This document shows positions 47,391 through 56,756 of a stretch of 64,000 bases of DNA, in pieces. Positions within the stretch are counted from its first letter, which is position 1; every line of letters starts with the position of its first letter. The stretch comes from a virus. Taxonomy: Duplodnaviria; Caudoviricetes. Made by a program: the position numbers and the translations under genes. The stretch is from the IMG/VR virus record IMGVR_UViG_2909979649_000004; one strand, given 5' to 3'. A model generated the notes under the pieces. It was not told where the DNA came from and did no database searches. It worked only from the letters and a program-made list of their open reading frames with translations.

Positions 47391-47721
47391 ATATTACAAG
47401 AATAAAAACTTTTTATTGCATGACTTAATCTCTTCTTTCCCTATATGTGTTTGTATGGCATCCGTGATCAATCTTCAACCACCTTTGTGAAATCTGTCTC
47501 AGATTAAAGCTTGATCAGATCAAGTTTTGCTCTGTATGTGAATTTGATCACGCTTAAAGATCTTTAAGTGATTAATATCTGACCACTTTTAATTATGCGC
47601 GTTGAGTTTAAGGATAGTCTGCATGGCAAAGAAGAGTCTTAAGTATTTTTTAGGGGTCTAGATATTTCCGTACAGTTCTATTCTGGACCGCTTGCTACTT
47701 GGAGTTAAATGAAGGATAAGT

Positions 47722-48273
47722 ATGAGAGTCGAATTTGAATTAACTAAGGAAGAAGTTTGGAATGCAATAACTGAACTTCATACAAGTGCTTGTATAGGCA
47801 CTCACTCTTGGTTGATGTTTTTTGTTTACTATTCAAGATTAGGCTGTTTTTGGATTGCACAACTTGTACTACTAACGTTTGTATTTGACAAAGGGCAGGT
47901 TGAGCTAATGCTTGGTGTGACTATTGGGCTTTTGGTCGTTGCTTTTGTATTGTCTGCGTTATCAAAGTATGTTTTACGTCATGATGCTAAAAAGAGTTAT
48001 TTAAGCTTCGATAAAGGCAATTTTGGTATTCATACATTTGAGTTAAAAGAAGACAAGGCTTCTTTTATGACCCCTGGCGGTTTATTTGAGTTTGCCCCCT
48101 CGCAAGTTTGGTCTATGGTGTGGACACCTCAACATTTTTTTATATACACATCATTATTCTCCGTGTATTTACCTCTTTACAAGGTTAGAAAAGATACCTT
48201 TGAGGAAATGATGAAAAATATTGAGCAGTATACAGGTAAGAATATTATAAAAACTTTTGATCATCCTGGTTAG
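47722..48273 (+). CDS. Membrane protein, YcxB-like architecture
   Basis: M.VEFELTKEE, two TMs, beta-rich C-terminus; CRP-like TGTGA-N6-TCAC/TCTCA boxes upstream (47486, 47537). Confidence 0.6.
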   Translation: MRVEFELTKEEVWNAITELHTSACIGTHSWLMFFVYYSRLGCFWIAQLVLLTFVFDKGQVELMLGVTIGLLVVAFVLSALSKYVLRHDAKKSYLSFDKGNFGIHTFELKEDKASFMTPGGLFEFAPSQVWSMVWTPQHFFIYTSLFSVYLPLYKVRKDTFEEMMKNIEQYTGKNIIKTFDHPG

Positions 48274-48312
48274 TGTTTTTCATTGCTAAGAGCTAGTGGT
48301 AGCAGTACTGAG

Positions 48313-49467
48313 CTACCACTCATAATTAGGCTTGTATTTATTATCGTCTCCAGCCTCTTCAATAAACATTCCATAATGCCTGTTAATCATCTCAATGCCT
48401 TGGTGGCCCATTTGGCTTGCTATCCAGAATAGGTTTTCATTTCTTGCTATAAGAAGGCATGCGTAGGTATGCCTAGTTTGGTACGGGTTCCGATAGCGTA
48501 GGCCACTTTTTTTTATCGCAGGAATCCAAGCACATTTTCTAATTTGCTGATCATTTTTCCAGGCTTGGTTTGTTCGTGGATTATGAAACACAAAATCGTT
48601 GTTGTTCGTATAGTTAAACTGAGATTCTAGGGCTGATATAGCAGAAGGGAAGAGATGTATTAATCTTTCACCCTTGGTACCTGTTTTGGTGCCTTTGAGT
48701 AGACCTTCTACTTTAGCCTGGTCAATCAAAACAGACTTGCCTTTTAAGTTAACTTTATCCCAAGTAAGTCCTATGAGTTCACTAGTTCTAACCCCTGTAT
48801 AAAAAGCAAACTGAAAAGCATTTTTTACCTGTCCCTCCATGCTTTCCAGTAGCTGTTGTATTTCTGCAGGTTTAAAAGGGTCGACTTTAAAATTACTGAC
48901 TCTAGCATCTTTATGAATGAAATCATCAAGAGATATTGCATCCATTGGTGACCTGGGAATAATAGCGTCTACAACAGCCAGCCGAAGTGCCTTAACTAAG
49001 GGGATAAGGTGGTTGGCAATGGTTTTACGCTTACAATTTTTCGATTTAACCCATTCACGAATATGTTTCGGTGTAAGCTCTGTAACGAGAATTTCTCCAA
49101 ACTCTGGAAGTAGCTGACCTTCAATAGACCGTTTATAGCGCAGAGCTGTTGAAGGCTCTACAGTCCTGTGAAGGTCATTGATATATTCTTTTAGTAACTC
49201 TGCAACTGTAGTATTTACTCGAGTACATTCACCAAATACTTTACACCGTGGGGATTCTGGAAAGTAATCACTGTATTTAAATATGTGACGTTCTATTTTC
49301 CCAATAATTTCTGCTCTAAGCGCTTCAGCATAACGTAAATTTGCTCTAGTTGGCTTTAGCTTTAGGGTTTCTCTACATTCAACCCCTCTATACATGAAAG
49401 CAATCAGAATAGACTCTGATTGCTTATGTTTTCTTATCCTTATTCCTCTAGGAAGCGATGAGGTCAT
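48313..49467 (-). CDS. int: Tyrosine integrase, close paralogue of 40305-41486
   Basis: Same motifs and long identical blocks (e.g. RNENLFWIASQMGHQGIEMINRHYG). Confidence 0.95.
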   Translation of the reverse strand: MTSSLPRGIRIRKHKQSESILIAFMYRGVECRETLKLKPTRANLRYAEALRAEIIGKIERHIFKYSDYFPESPRCKVFGECTRVNTTVAELLKEYINDLHRTVEPSTALRYKRSIEGQLLPEFGEILVTELTPKHIREWVKSKNCKRKTIANHLIPLVKALRLAVVDAIIPRSPMDAISLDDFIHKDARVSNFKVDPFKPAEIQQLLESMEGQVKNAFQFAFYTGVRTSELIGLTWDKVNLKGKSVLIDQAKVEGLLKGTKTGTKGERLIHLFPSAISALESQFNYTNNNDFVFHNPRTNQAWKNDQQIRKCAWIPAIKKSGLRYRNPYQTRHTYACLLIARNENLFWIASQMGHQGIEMINRHYGMFIEEAGDDNKYKPNYEW

Positions 49468-49661
49468 TAATGCCTCCTAGGTTCACTTTTTTGAGCCCAT
49501 TTTTCTACCGCTTCAAGGTTGACCCATACACGCCCGTCACTACAAGTACGATACTCTCTGTCTCGGAGGAACATACCGGTTTTTTGTTTGTTAACAAATG
49601 CATCACGAGTATCACCAGATAGTTCAAGGTATTTTTTTAATTTGACCCATTTGAGTTGCAT
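49467..49661 (-). CDS. xis: Excisionase
   Basis: 59/64 aa identical to 40111-40305. Confidence 0.88.
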   Translation of the reverse strand: MQLKWVKLKKYLELSGDTRDAFVNKQKTGMFLRDREYRTCSDGRVWVNLEAVEKWAQKSEPRRH

Positions 49662-49673
49662 GATATTTTCTCC

Positions 49674-50003
49674 TTAACTCATTACCCCAATATACTGAGG
49701 TTTTCTCCGTTTGGTTTTTATTCCGGCTTCTAGTTCATCACGTTCTATCTTGATTGAGAGTGGGGCTTGAATAAATAAATCAACTTGTGACAGTGAATCT
49801 CTAATACCAGCTATATGAGGCATTGCCGTGAGGGATATAGCGTCATTAATATTAAGCTTTTTGCCAAAGTCGATTTGTTTGATTTGTAACTTCCCTTGGT
49901 GAAAAATACTCAGCTCAGCAAAACCGTATCGCCTACCACGCAATACGATACGGTGTTCACCAACTCTGACCGATTCACCAACACGCCTAGTGATGGTTAA
50001 CAT
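49674..50003 (-). CDS. CsrA-like protein with internal insertion/duplication
   Basis: MLTITRRVGESVRVG.. and QV.L.IQAP.SI.I.RDEL. Confidence 0.75.
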   Translation of the reverse strand: MLTITRRVGESVRVGEHRIVLRGRRYGFAELSIFHQGKLQIKQIDFGKKLNINDAISLTAMPHIAGIRDSLSQVDLFIQAPLSIKIERDELEAGIKTKRRKPQYIGVMS

Positions 50004-50013
50004 GCTTTTGTCC

Positions 50014-50232
50014 TTAATTTATTAAGGGGATAAGTCGCACGCCATTAATGGTATAAGGCGGCTTACAGTTGAACTTAATTAAATTCATTTTAAAGGCTTC
50101 CAACTGTTCTTTGGTAATATGCAACTGCATTGGTTTTTTATTTTTTGCTAGAGTGTAATACTCTATGTATTGCTTAGCTTTCTCATATAACCTGAGATTC
50201 TTTTTGGTTAGCTCCATTCGATTGATTTCCAT
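50014..50232 (-). CDS. Hypothetical protein (homologue of 39552-39785)
   Basis: Shared sequence and position. Confidence 0.75.
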   Translation of the reverse strand: MEINRMELTKKNLRLYEKAKQYIEYYTLAKNKKPMQLHITKEQLEAFKMNLIKFNCKPPYTINGVRLIPLIN

Positions 50233-50261
50233 ATCCGTTTCTCCATTACAGCCAGTGATTG

Positions 50262-50543
50262 TTAGTGCGCCTGCATACTACTCGCCGTTGTGTCTCGAAT
50301 AATTGTGACAGCGTGATGCGGTTGTTTGGTTGAGTCTATAAACTGGTTAAGTATTTCATTCGCTAATTCAGGATTGCGTTTAGCGGATTCCTTGAATATA
50401 GCGAACGTAATAATCAAGCTTTCGCCTAACGCTTGAATAACCTCATCAATATCTTCGCAAGCACAGTGATTAACATATTTTTCGATAGATTGATTTGCTA
50501 ATGTTCGGCAATTGTTTTTTGAAATCATATTTTTACTATCCAA
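50262..50543 (-). CDS. Hypothetical protein
   Basis: 93-aa ORF in early operon. Confidence 0.6.
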   Translation of the reverse strand: MDSKNMISKNNCRTLANQSIEKYVNHCACEDIDEVIQALGESLIITFAIFKESAKRNPELANEILNQFIDSTKQPHHAVTIIRDTTASSMQAH

Positions 50544-50568
50544 TCATTATTTTTATAGGGATATATGA

Positions 50569-51345
50569 CTATGCAGCTTTGTTTATATCCTGCTCAAGCC
50601 ATTGCTTTGCTGCAAACTCAGCGCACGCACAAACCCACAGTACATGCCAATCTATAACGGTCAGGCCGCGTTCCCACCAATCCGGGTCTATCTCACATAA
50701 ATTATTATTGTGAATAATGTTATACAGCTCTTGCTCGCTAGGCTTGTAATCATGGTGTCTAAGTTGATCGAATAAATAGTAAATATTTTCTACTTCATCT
50801 TCATTGGCTTTTATTTGCCTTAACCATTCTGGTAACTCTTCTGGCTCGTTTTCATAAAGCACCTCTATTACTTGACAAAAGAGGCTATTGATAGCGATTG
50901 CCAGTTCTTTTGGATTATCTTGATTCAGCGCTGACGGTTCTTTTATCTCATCGGGAAGGTCGCTACTTTCAATAGTGCCTAATTCAAAATATTCATAAAT
51001 TAAACTATATAAATAATCTGCTACCAAAAAGTCGTTAACTTCTTTTTTATCTCTATACACTTGCTCAAGCTTACCTAGGCCATAACCTGAGCAGCCGTCT
51101 TTTGCTAAAAAGCCCATATCTCGGCCAACGGTATACAGCACTTCCCCTATATCACCACTTACCGTAATACAGGTAGGGCTTAGAATAATGTCAAACCCAT
51201 AGACCCATGTTCCCGGTTTTTGGCAACGGTAGAGCTGTACATGCTCAGTATTAACCAGCTCTTTAACCTTGTGATTGGCTAGCGCTCGTTGTACTTGTTC
51301 TTCAAGCTTTTCCATACGTTGATTGGGTGTTTCGAAGTTCATCAT
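50569..51345 (-). CDS. Hypothetical phage protein
   Basis: 258 aa, SD AGGAG; Y.FDI..VSGDIG N-terminus. Confidence 0.7.
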   Translation of the reverse strand: MMNFETPNQRMEKLEEQVQRALANHKVKELVNTEHVQLYRCQKPGTWVYGFDIILSPTCITVSGDIGEVLYTVGRDMGFLAKDGCSGYGLGKLEQVYRDKKEVNDFLVADYLYSLIYEYFELGTIESSDLPDEIKEPSALNQDNPKELAIAINSLFCQVIEVLYENEPEELPEWLRQIKANEDEVENIYYLFDQLRHHDYKPSEQELYNIIHNNNLCEIDPDWWERGLTVIDWHVLWVCACAEFAAKQWLEQDINKAA

Positions 51346-51433
51346 TGCTCCTTTCTGTAGGCAAAAAAATACCGTGGCTCAATATTGAGCAAGAAAATAT
51401 TAATTAAATAATGAGTGGAATATGACTGCTTGA

Positions 51434-51730
51434 TTATTTAACTTCTAAGTTTTTACCAGTCTCCCAAAGTAGTTTGGCACTATTGGTTAAGGGTTTAACA
51501 AACATGGCTGTCATACCATCATCATGGTCCCAAAATTTCAGTGCAAAATTAAACCCTGCAATTTCTCCTGGGTTCCAATCATTAATTAATTTGTCTCCGT
51601 CCTCTTCTATGTCATAGTCATAGTTATTAACAAAGATCGATTCAAAGCCAAGTTCTTTGGCTAACTCTTCAAAATTAACCATATCGTTTGAGGCTATTTG
51701 AACGAATAAAGGATTTTCCATGGGTGTCAT
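51434..51730 (-). CDS. Hypothetical phage protein
   Basis: SD AAGGAG; acidic, WNP..D.DDG. Confidence 0.65.
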   Translation of the reverse strand: MTPMENPLFVQIASNDMVNFEELAKELGFESIFVNNYDYDIEEDGDKLINDWNPGEIAGFNFALKFWDHDDGMTAMFVKPLTNSAKLLWETGKNLEVK

Positions 51731-51748
51731 TATTTTCTCCTTGGTTAG

Positions 51749-52147
51749 TTACACGCTTAACGTGCTGAACGTTTCTTGTCGTCTAACAGACCGTTGTGCT
51801 ATCCGCACGGGCCTGGGTTTATTAGGGTCATCTTTAACAACTCGGGGTAATTCAGGTAATGCGAAAAAACTTAATACAATCAGTAATGGACTCACAATTT
51901 TTAGCCGGATCAGCTCAGCCACTAAATGTGCACGGTTATGGGTGTTTAACTTGTAGTGTACATTTTTAATTCGATTACTGACTGAGCTGGGCTCAACCCC
52001 TTGCTCTCTGGCAATGACTTTATCTGTCTTACCCGACAGTAGCCCTATGCAATATTTAATCTCACGCGGGGCTAGGTATGGGTTATTTAGATTGGCTTGC
52101 CAGTGGCCATCGGTAATACAGTTAGTTGCAGGTATTGAGCTGTCCAT
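51749..52147 (-). CDS. LuxR-type HTH protein (homologue of 33336-33725)
   Basis: GHWQA.LNNP.LAPRE..HNRAHLVAELIRLK shared. Confidence 0.82.
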   Translation of the reverse strand: MDSSIPATNCITDGHWQANLNNPYLAPREIKYCIGLLSGKTDKVIAREQGVEPSSVSNRIKNVHYKLNTHNRAHLVAELIRLKIVSPLLIVLSFFALPELPRVVKDDPNKPRPVRIAQRSVRRQETFSTLSV

Positions 52148-52293
52148 AGCTAAAACTCAAGTTAATTTCTTGAATAATAGAATAACACTAAAAACTTAAA
52201 ATACAACTAAAAACTTATAAATTAATTTTTAATTGGGTTGGCTTGATTGTAGGACAACTCTAAGGTGAAAAAAAGAGCAGAAGAGGGAAGGAG

Positions 52294-52983
52294 TTATCTA
52301 TTGATTATATATTCTGCTAAAGCATCAAGGATTTTTAAGTCTGCAGGTGTAAGCTTGTTTTTAGCTACGAGGTCTGTGTAAGTGTTTATGATCCTCATTT
52401 GTTCTTGCCAAAAAGCAGGATCAGGAGATATAGAGTTCGAGGAAATTTTATCGGTATGTTCTTGAGTTGCAGACAAGCTTTCATTTCCATCAAGTAACCA
52501 AAGGTGGTTTACTTTTAAAACTTCACTTAGCTTCTGTAGCTTATTCCGTTTAGGATAAGCCCTTGTCTCAGGATCTTTGGACTCCCATTTACCAACTGCA
52601 GCTAAAGATACTTCGCAGTATTTAGCTATTTCACCCTGTGTTAGGTTCAACTCTTTTCGGCGCTTACGAAGTTTCGACCAAAGGCTACTCATCTGACGCT
52701 CATTTACTTTGGCTTTAGCTTTTTGGTATTCATCCTCCTCAAGAATAGATACAGCTGAGAATATTGAATCCTCATCATCTGAGTAAAACCAATTAGTATC
52801 AACTTGTAATATTTCACTTAGTTTTTGTATTTTGTCTTGTCTGGGAAAGGCTTGTCTTTCAGGGGCTTGTGACTCCCATTGAGAAACTGAAGTCACAGAA
52901 ACCTCGCAATAGTCTGCGACTTCTTTTTGAGTTAAATCTAGCTCTCTGCGTCGCGCTCTAAGTTTTTTCCAGATTTCACTCAT
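52294..52983 (-). CDS. Repressor with two tandem XRE HTH domains
   Basis: MS..W.KLR.RR.EL.LTQ.E.A.YCEVS..WES occurs twice. Confidence 0.85.
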   Translation of the reverse strand: MSEIWKKLRARRRELDLTQKEVADYCEVSVTSVSQWESQAPERQAFPRQDKIQKLSEILQVDTNWFYSDDEDSIFSAVSILEEDEYQKAKAKVNERQMSSLWSKLRKRRKELNLTQGEIAKYCEVSLAAVGKWESKDPETRAYPKRNKLQKLSEVLKVNHLWLLDGNESLSATQEHTDKISSNSISPDPAFWQEQMRIINTYTDLVAKNKLTPADLKILDALAEYIINR

Positions 52984-53036
52984 GCAAAAATTCTACTTGA
53001 AGTTTACAAAATTCGCTATTACTATGACAATACAAT

Positions 53037-53197
53037 AAAAAAACCGGCACCCTACAATAGAGTACCGGTTAACATGTTAAACCCTTATCAGCACAAACAC
53101 CAGTGCCTGTGGCACCTTTACGCCTAAATTCAGCGGTATATGTGAAAAGGAGACAAAAGCACATACCCTGATAGGTCGATTGTGTTTGTGCTGAATA
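53037..53197 (-). ncRNA. Putative structured antisense RNA 2
   Basis: Promoter GTGACG-N17-TAAAGT (53232-53204); 13-bp closing stem 53088-53100/53182-53194 enclosing hairpins; terminator accgg..ccggt-T run. Confidence 0.62.
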
Positions 53198-53510
53198 GGT
53201 AAAACTTTATCTCAAGTTTTAGTAAGCGTCACTTAACTTAATTCTACTGTTAGTTTATACAGTCACCAACCTAGCAAGGAGCATCCATGATGGTACCTCA
53301 ATGTAAGACTTAGCTAACCCTCTAATACTCTCGTTGTATTTCGAGGGTGTTTTATCAACCAATGACTTATTAATTACTGACTGAATTCAGTGAGCTAAGG
53401 ATTTTTTATGTCTGAAAAAAATAAGGCAGGGTTTCTTGCAGGCAATAAAAAAGCTGCTAACCCCCGCAAAGAGAAAAGCAGCTTTCCTAACCACATTTGG
53501 AGTATTTATT

Positions 53511-54425
53511 ATGGATGATGTTTATGATAACTGCAATGGCTATGTACGACTCAATAACCAGTTATTGGAAGCTATTTGTCAGCTGGATATTTCTGGCCGC
53601 CAGTTTCGTATTTTGATGGCGGTGATTAGAAAAACAATTGGCTATAACATCGAGGTTGACTGGATTTCTGCCAGCCAATTAGCTGATTTAATGGCTTATG
53701 ATGGTGCCACCACCCACCTACATGCCGATTTACGAATACTCAAAGAGCGCAAAATCGTAATCACCAGAGGTCGTAAAATTGGCATCAATAAAAGTTTGGC
53801 TAACTGGTGTTTTAGCAAAATCGAAACTAACCAAAAACCGTCACTAAACAAACCGAAATCGGTCACTCATAAAGAAACCAAAAACGGTCAGGTTAGTGAC
53901 CGAAATCCGTCAGTAAACAAACCGAATTCCGTCACTCCCAAACAAACCGAAAACGGTCAGTGTAGTGACCGAAATCGGTCAGAAAAAGTGACTGAAAACG
54001 GTCACCACAAAAGACAAAAAGACACTAAACCAAAAAACACTATTACCCCCTTTAATCCCCCCTTGGAGGAAACCAACCCACAACCGAGTAAAAAATCCAA
54101 ACGTCGTACACCAGCCAAACGAACCACCACTGCCCCTGAACATTTTCCGATGACACCGGAATTAATTCGGTGGGCCAGTGAGAATTTTATTCGGGTCGAT
54201 TTGATTATCGAAACTGAAAAATTTCTGGATCACCACCGGGCCAAAGGTTCCACGTTCACTTGCTGGGCGTCAGCCTGGCGAAACTGGATGCGTAATGCCC
54301 AACGCTTTGCGGCTGAAAAAGCCATGCCACCCGTTCCAACGACCGGCCCTGTTAAACCCAATGGAATCAAACCTGGGGGGATGGATTGGGATGATACCAG
54401 CTGGCGCCATGACTTAGGTCTGTGA
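53511..54425 (+). CDS. Replication initiator (lambda O-like)
   Basis: NGYVRLNNQLLEA..RQFR..RKTIGY..DWI..Q; internal iterons; F.DH..W..AWRNW. Confidence 0.9.
   Translation: MDDVYDNCNGYVRLNNQLLEAICQLDISGRQFRILMAVIRKTIGYNIEVDWISASQLADLMAYDGATTHLHADLRILKERKIVITRGRKIGINKSLANWCFSKIETNQKPSLNKPKSVTHKETKNGQVSDRNPSVNKPNSVTPKQTENGQCSDRNRSEKVTENGHHKRQKDTKPKNTITPFNPPLEETNPQPSKKSKRRTPAKRTTTAPEHFPMTPELIRWASENFIRVDLIIETEKFLDHHRAKGSTFTCWASAWRNWMRNAQRFAAEKAMPPVPTTGPVKPNGIKPGGMDWDDTSWRHDLGL
53829..54005 (+). repeat. Iterons (ori) within O
   Basis: 8 copies of RACCGAAAWCSGTCAS-like 16-mer. Confidence 0.85.
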
Positions 54426-54435
54426 GGATGACACC

Positions 54436-55179
54436 ATGAAAAAAACCAGTGACATAATTTCTCGAATTAATTTTAATCAACCCAATACACCACAACCGGC
54501 GTCTAATCAGCAGGATGTCTCTGAGCATGCCGCGCAATTGGTGAATTTAATTTTTCGCGAGTTGGTAGGTATTTTTTCTGCTTGGCGACAAGCCTTTGCT
54601 GATCCCGAGGTATTAGCCAGTGCCAAACGCAATTGGACCAAAGGGTTTATTACCCATGGTATTCACCAAGTCGAGCAAGTCCGCATTGGATTAAATAAAG
54701 CCCGGGGGATTGATAAAGATTTTGTGCCGAGCGTGGGAACGTTTATTCAATGGTGTCAACCGCAACCGGAAGATGTGGGCTTACCCGAGGTTGCGTTAGC
54801 GTATCGTGAGGCTTGTGATCATAGCCATAACCCGACAACGGCCGGTTGGTCCCATGAAGGGGTAAAAGTTGCTGCCCAGGAAACCGGGTATTTTGAATTA
54901 AAAGCCCGTACCGAAGCCGAAGTGTTTCCGTTGTTTAAACGCAATTATGCCATCGTCACTCGTCGTGTATTGGCTGGTGAATCACTGACAGATATTCCCA
55001 AGGCGATCACTGATCAAAGCCAACAAAGCTTGGCTGAACGCAATAAGGTTTATCACGATACACAACAACAACAGCAGATTGAATCAATGGGACTCAATCA
55101 TTTAACCAATGCCAAAGATGCCATGGCCGCCATGAGAGGCATGTTAGGTCAACGTGTCATTGAGGAGACACCCGCATGA
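54436..55179 (+). CDS. Replication protein P (helicase loader)
   Basis: VN.IF.EL..IF.AW..AKR.W..G..F.PS.G.FI.WC..GLP. Confidence 0.9.
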   Translation: MKKTSDIISRINFNQPNTPQPASNQQDVSEHAAQLVNLIFRELVGIFSAWRQAFADPEVLASAKRNWTKGFITHGIHQVEQVRIGLNKARGIDKDFVPSVGTFIQWCQPQPEDVGLPEVALAYREACDHSHNPTTAGWSHEGVKVAAQETGYFELKARTEAEVFPLFKRNYAIVTRRVLAGESLTDIPKAITDQSQQSLAERNKVYHDTQQQQQIESMGLNHLTNAKDAMAAMRGMLGQRVIEETPA

Positions 55180-55403
55180 GCTATTCACTGTATGCCCAAA
55201 TCCGCCCCAGCTCTAAATACTATGAGCAAGGTTTAGGCCCGAATGGTCAACCGTGTTTGCTGAAGGTGGACCAGATTAACCAGGCATTAGACGGTTACCA
55301 TTTCTGGTGCTCAAGCCCCTATATCAGCGAGTGTTATCGCCGTGAGGATTTAACCTTTTACTCGGGCAATCCAGAGGTGGGCGAGTTGGTGCAATTAAGT
55401 TAA
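55176..55403 (+). CDS. Hypothetical protein
   Basis: ATGA-coupled to P. Confidence 0.7.
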   Translation: MSYSLYAQIRPSSKYYEQGLGPNGQPCLLKVDQINQALDGYHFWCSSPYISECYRREDLTFYSGNPEVGELVQLS

Positions 55404-55439
55404 GCCATTATATAAAAACTATAAACAGGTAACCCTGCT

Positions 55440-55568
55440 ATGAAAAAAGCCCTTATCTATTTATCTTTATCTGTCGTTGCCGGGTTATGGGTCGGTAACC
55501 AACTGAGTGACGCACTAACCAAGCCCACGACACAATGTGCCTATAATGAAACCCTTTTTGTTTTTTAA
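55440..55568 (+). CDS. 42-aa membrane/exported microprotein (not in ORF track)
   Basis: MKKALIYLSLSVVAGLWVG..; SD-like AGGT. Confidence 0.45.
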   Translation: MKKALIYLSLSVVAGLWVGNQLSDALTKPTTQCAYNETLFVF

Positions 55569-55641
55569 TGAAAGGGCAGTAAACACTGATAGGATGGGAT
55601 TTTGCTGTACCCACTATCAGCTTTAATATGCCAAATAAGAA

Positions 55642-55977
55642 TTATTCAATAATATTTATAGGCTTGTTTAAAAACTTCTTATTACCTTTCCGCAATGCGG
55701 CTACCAGTTTAACGACGGCTTGTTGCTGATCGTTGGTTAAACCTCGTAGAAAAAAATACTTATCTCCCGTCAACAGCCAGTCAATGGAAATATTCAACTC
55801 TTTACAGGTTTCAATAATATGTTCCAGGCTAATTGATCCACCTTTTCGCCAGTGGGTCACGGCGGTATGACTGATGCCCAAAGAATCCGCCAGTTGACGT
55901 ACAGTTATATTTCGGGTGCCCATTGCTTTGGTTAGGCGCTTTCCACGTTGTTGATTTTCGTTTATTTCATTCATCAT
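55642..55977 (-). CDS. XRE-family HTH regulator
   Basis: RL..QLADSLGISHTAVTHWR.G..L.ISIDWLLTG. Confidence 0.85.
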   Translation of the reverse strand: MMNEINENQQRGKRLTKAMGTRNITVRQLADSLGISHTAVTHWRKGGSISLEHIIETCKELNISIDWLLTGDKYFFLRGLTNDQQQAVVKLVAALRKGNKKFLNKPINIIE

Positions 55978-56216
55978 TATTTACTTCAGTGACTTCTAAT
56001 GTTAGTAATACTTAAGATTTTACCCCAAATTGGTAAGCTGAAAACCTTGTTTTTTTATTCACTTCATAGACACTTTACTGTAATATGTGTCGTGCATAAC
56101 AAATAATTAAAAACATAACCCATTATTTTAAAGAGATAGGCCCTTTCAATCACGGATGGTTTTAGCAGTCGTATATCCGTCAATGACTATCATTTTGAGG
56201 AATAGGAGTCTGAGCA

Positions 56217-56417
56217 GTGATTAGCTCAAAGGGTGAAACAGACTTGTTTTTTTATCAAGCAAAAATAAGACGTATTCAAACACGCCTAAAAGAATTAAAA
56301 GTAACCTTGGAAAATATAACTGAAAAAAATCAACTAATGAAAACAGCCCCAATGGAGATGGAGATGATCTTTGTCTTAATCGAGACTATGAGCCAACAGT
56401 GTAAAAACGATGAATAA
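56217..56417 (+). CDS. Hypothetical protein
   Basis: SD AGGAG; 66 aa coiled coil. Confidence 0.5.
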   Translation: MISSKGETDLFFYQAKIRRIQTRLKELKVTLENITEKNQLMKTAPMEMEMIFVLIETMSQQCKNDE

Positions 56418-56440
56418 ACCCTCCCTGGCTGATGGCTGAA

Positions 56441-56695
56441 CTAGCTTGCCATCAGTTGTTGAGCAATTAATTGTCGATCTTTTTCTGATAACCCTTGAAG
56501 AAATTCAGCTACTGCTGGGTTTGTGGTTACTTGCTCTGGTGTGGATAAGGTATGACTAAAGGAGAGTTTCATAACAAATTTATGGTTACATTCTGTATTT
56601 TTGCAGCGACAGTATAAATCGCTCACATCTTTACTTAAATTGTAACGGGATTTAATGACGGCCTTATGTTCGCAGTGAGGACAATTAATTTGCAT
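56441..56695 (-). CDS. ogr: Ogr/Delta-like late transcription activator
   Basis: CPHC..A.I..LYC.C.N.EC.H.F..FSHTLS. Confidence 0.92.
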   Translation of the reverse strand: MQINCPHCEHKAVIKSRYNLSKDVSDLYCRCKNTECNHKFVMKLSFSHTLSTPEQVTTNPAVAEFLQGLSEKDRQLIAQQLMAS

Positions 56696-56756
56696 GGGGG
56701 TTGTTCCCTTTTGTTAGTTATACAACAGTATCGTTATTTAACTTCACCATCCCGGT

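Noticed and set aside
53829-54005. CRISPR-like or guide-RNA array
   Set aside because: Repeats are in frame within the O gene with short irregular spacing, typical lambdoid iterons
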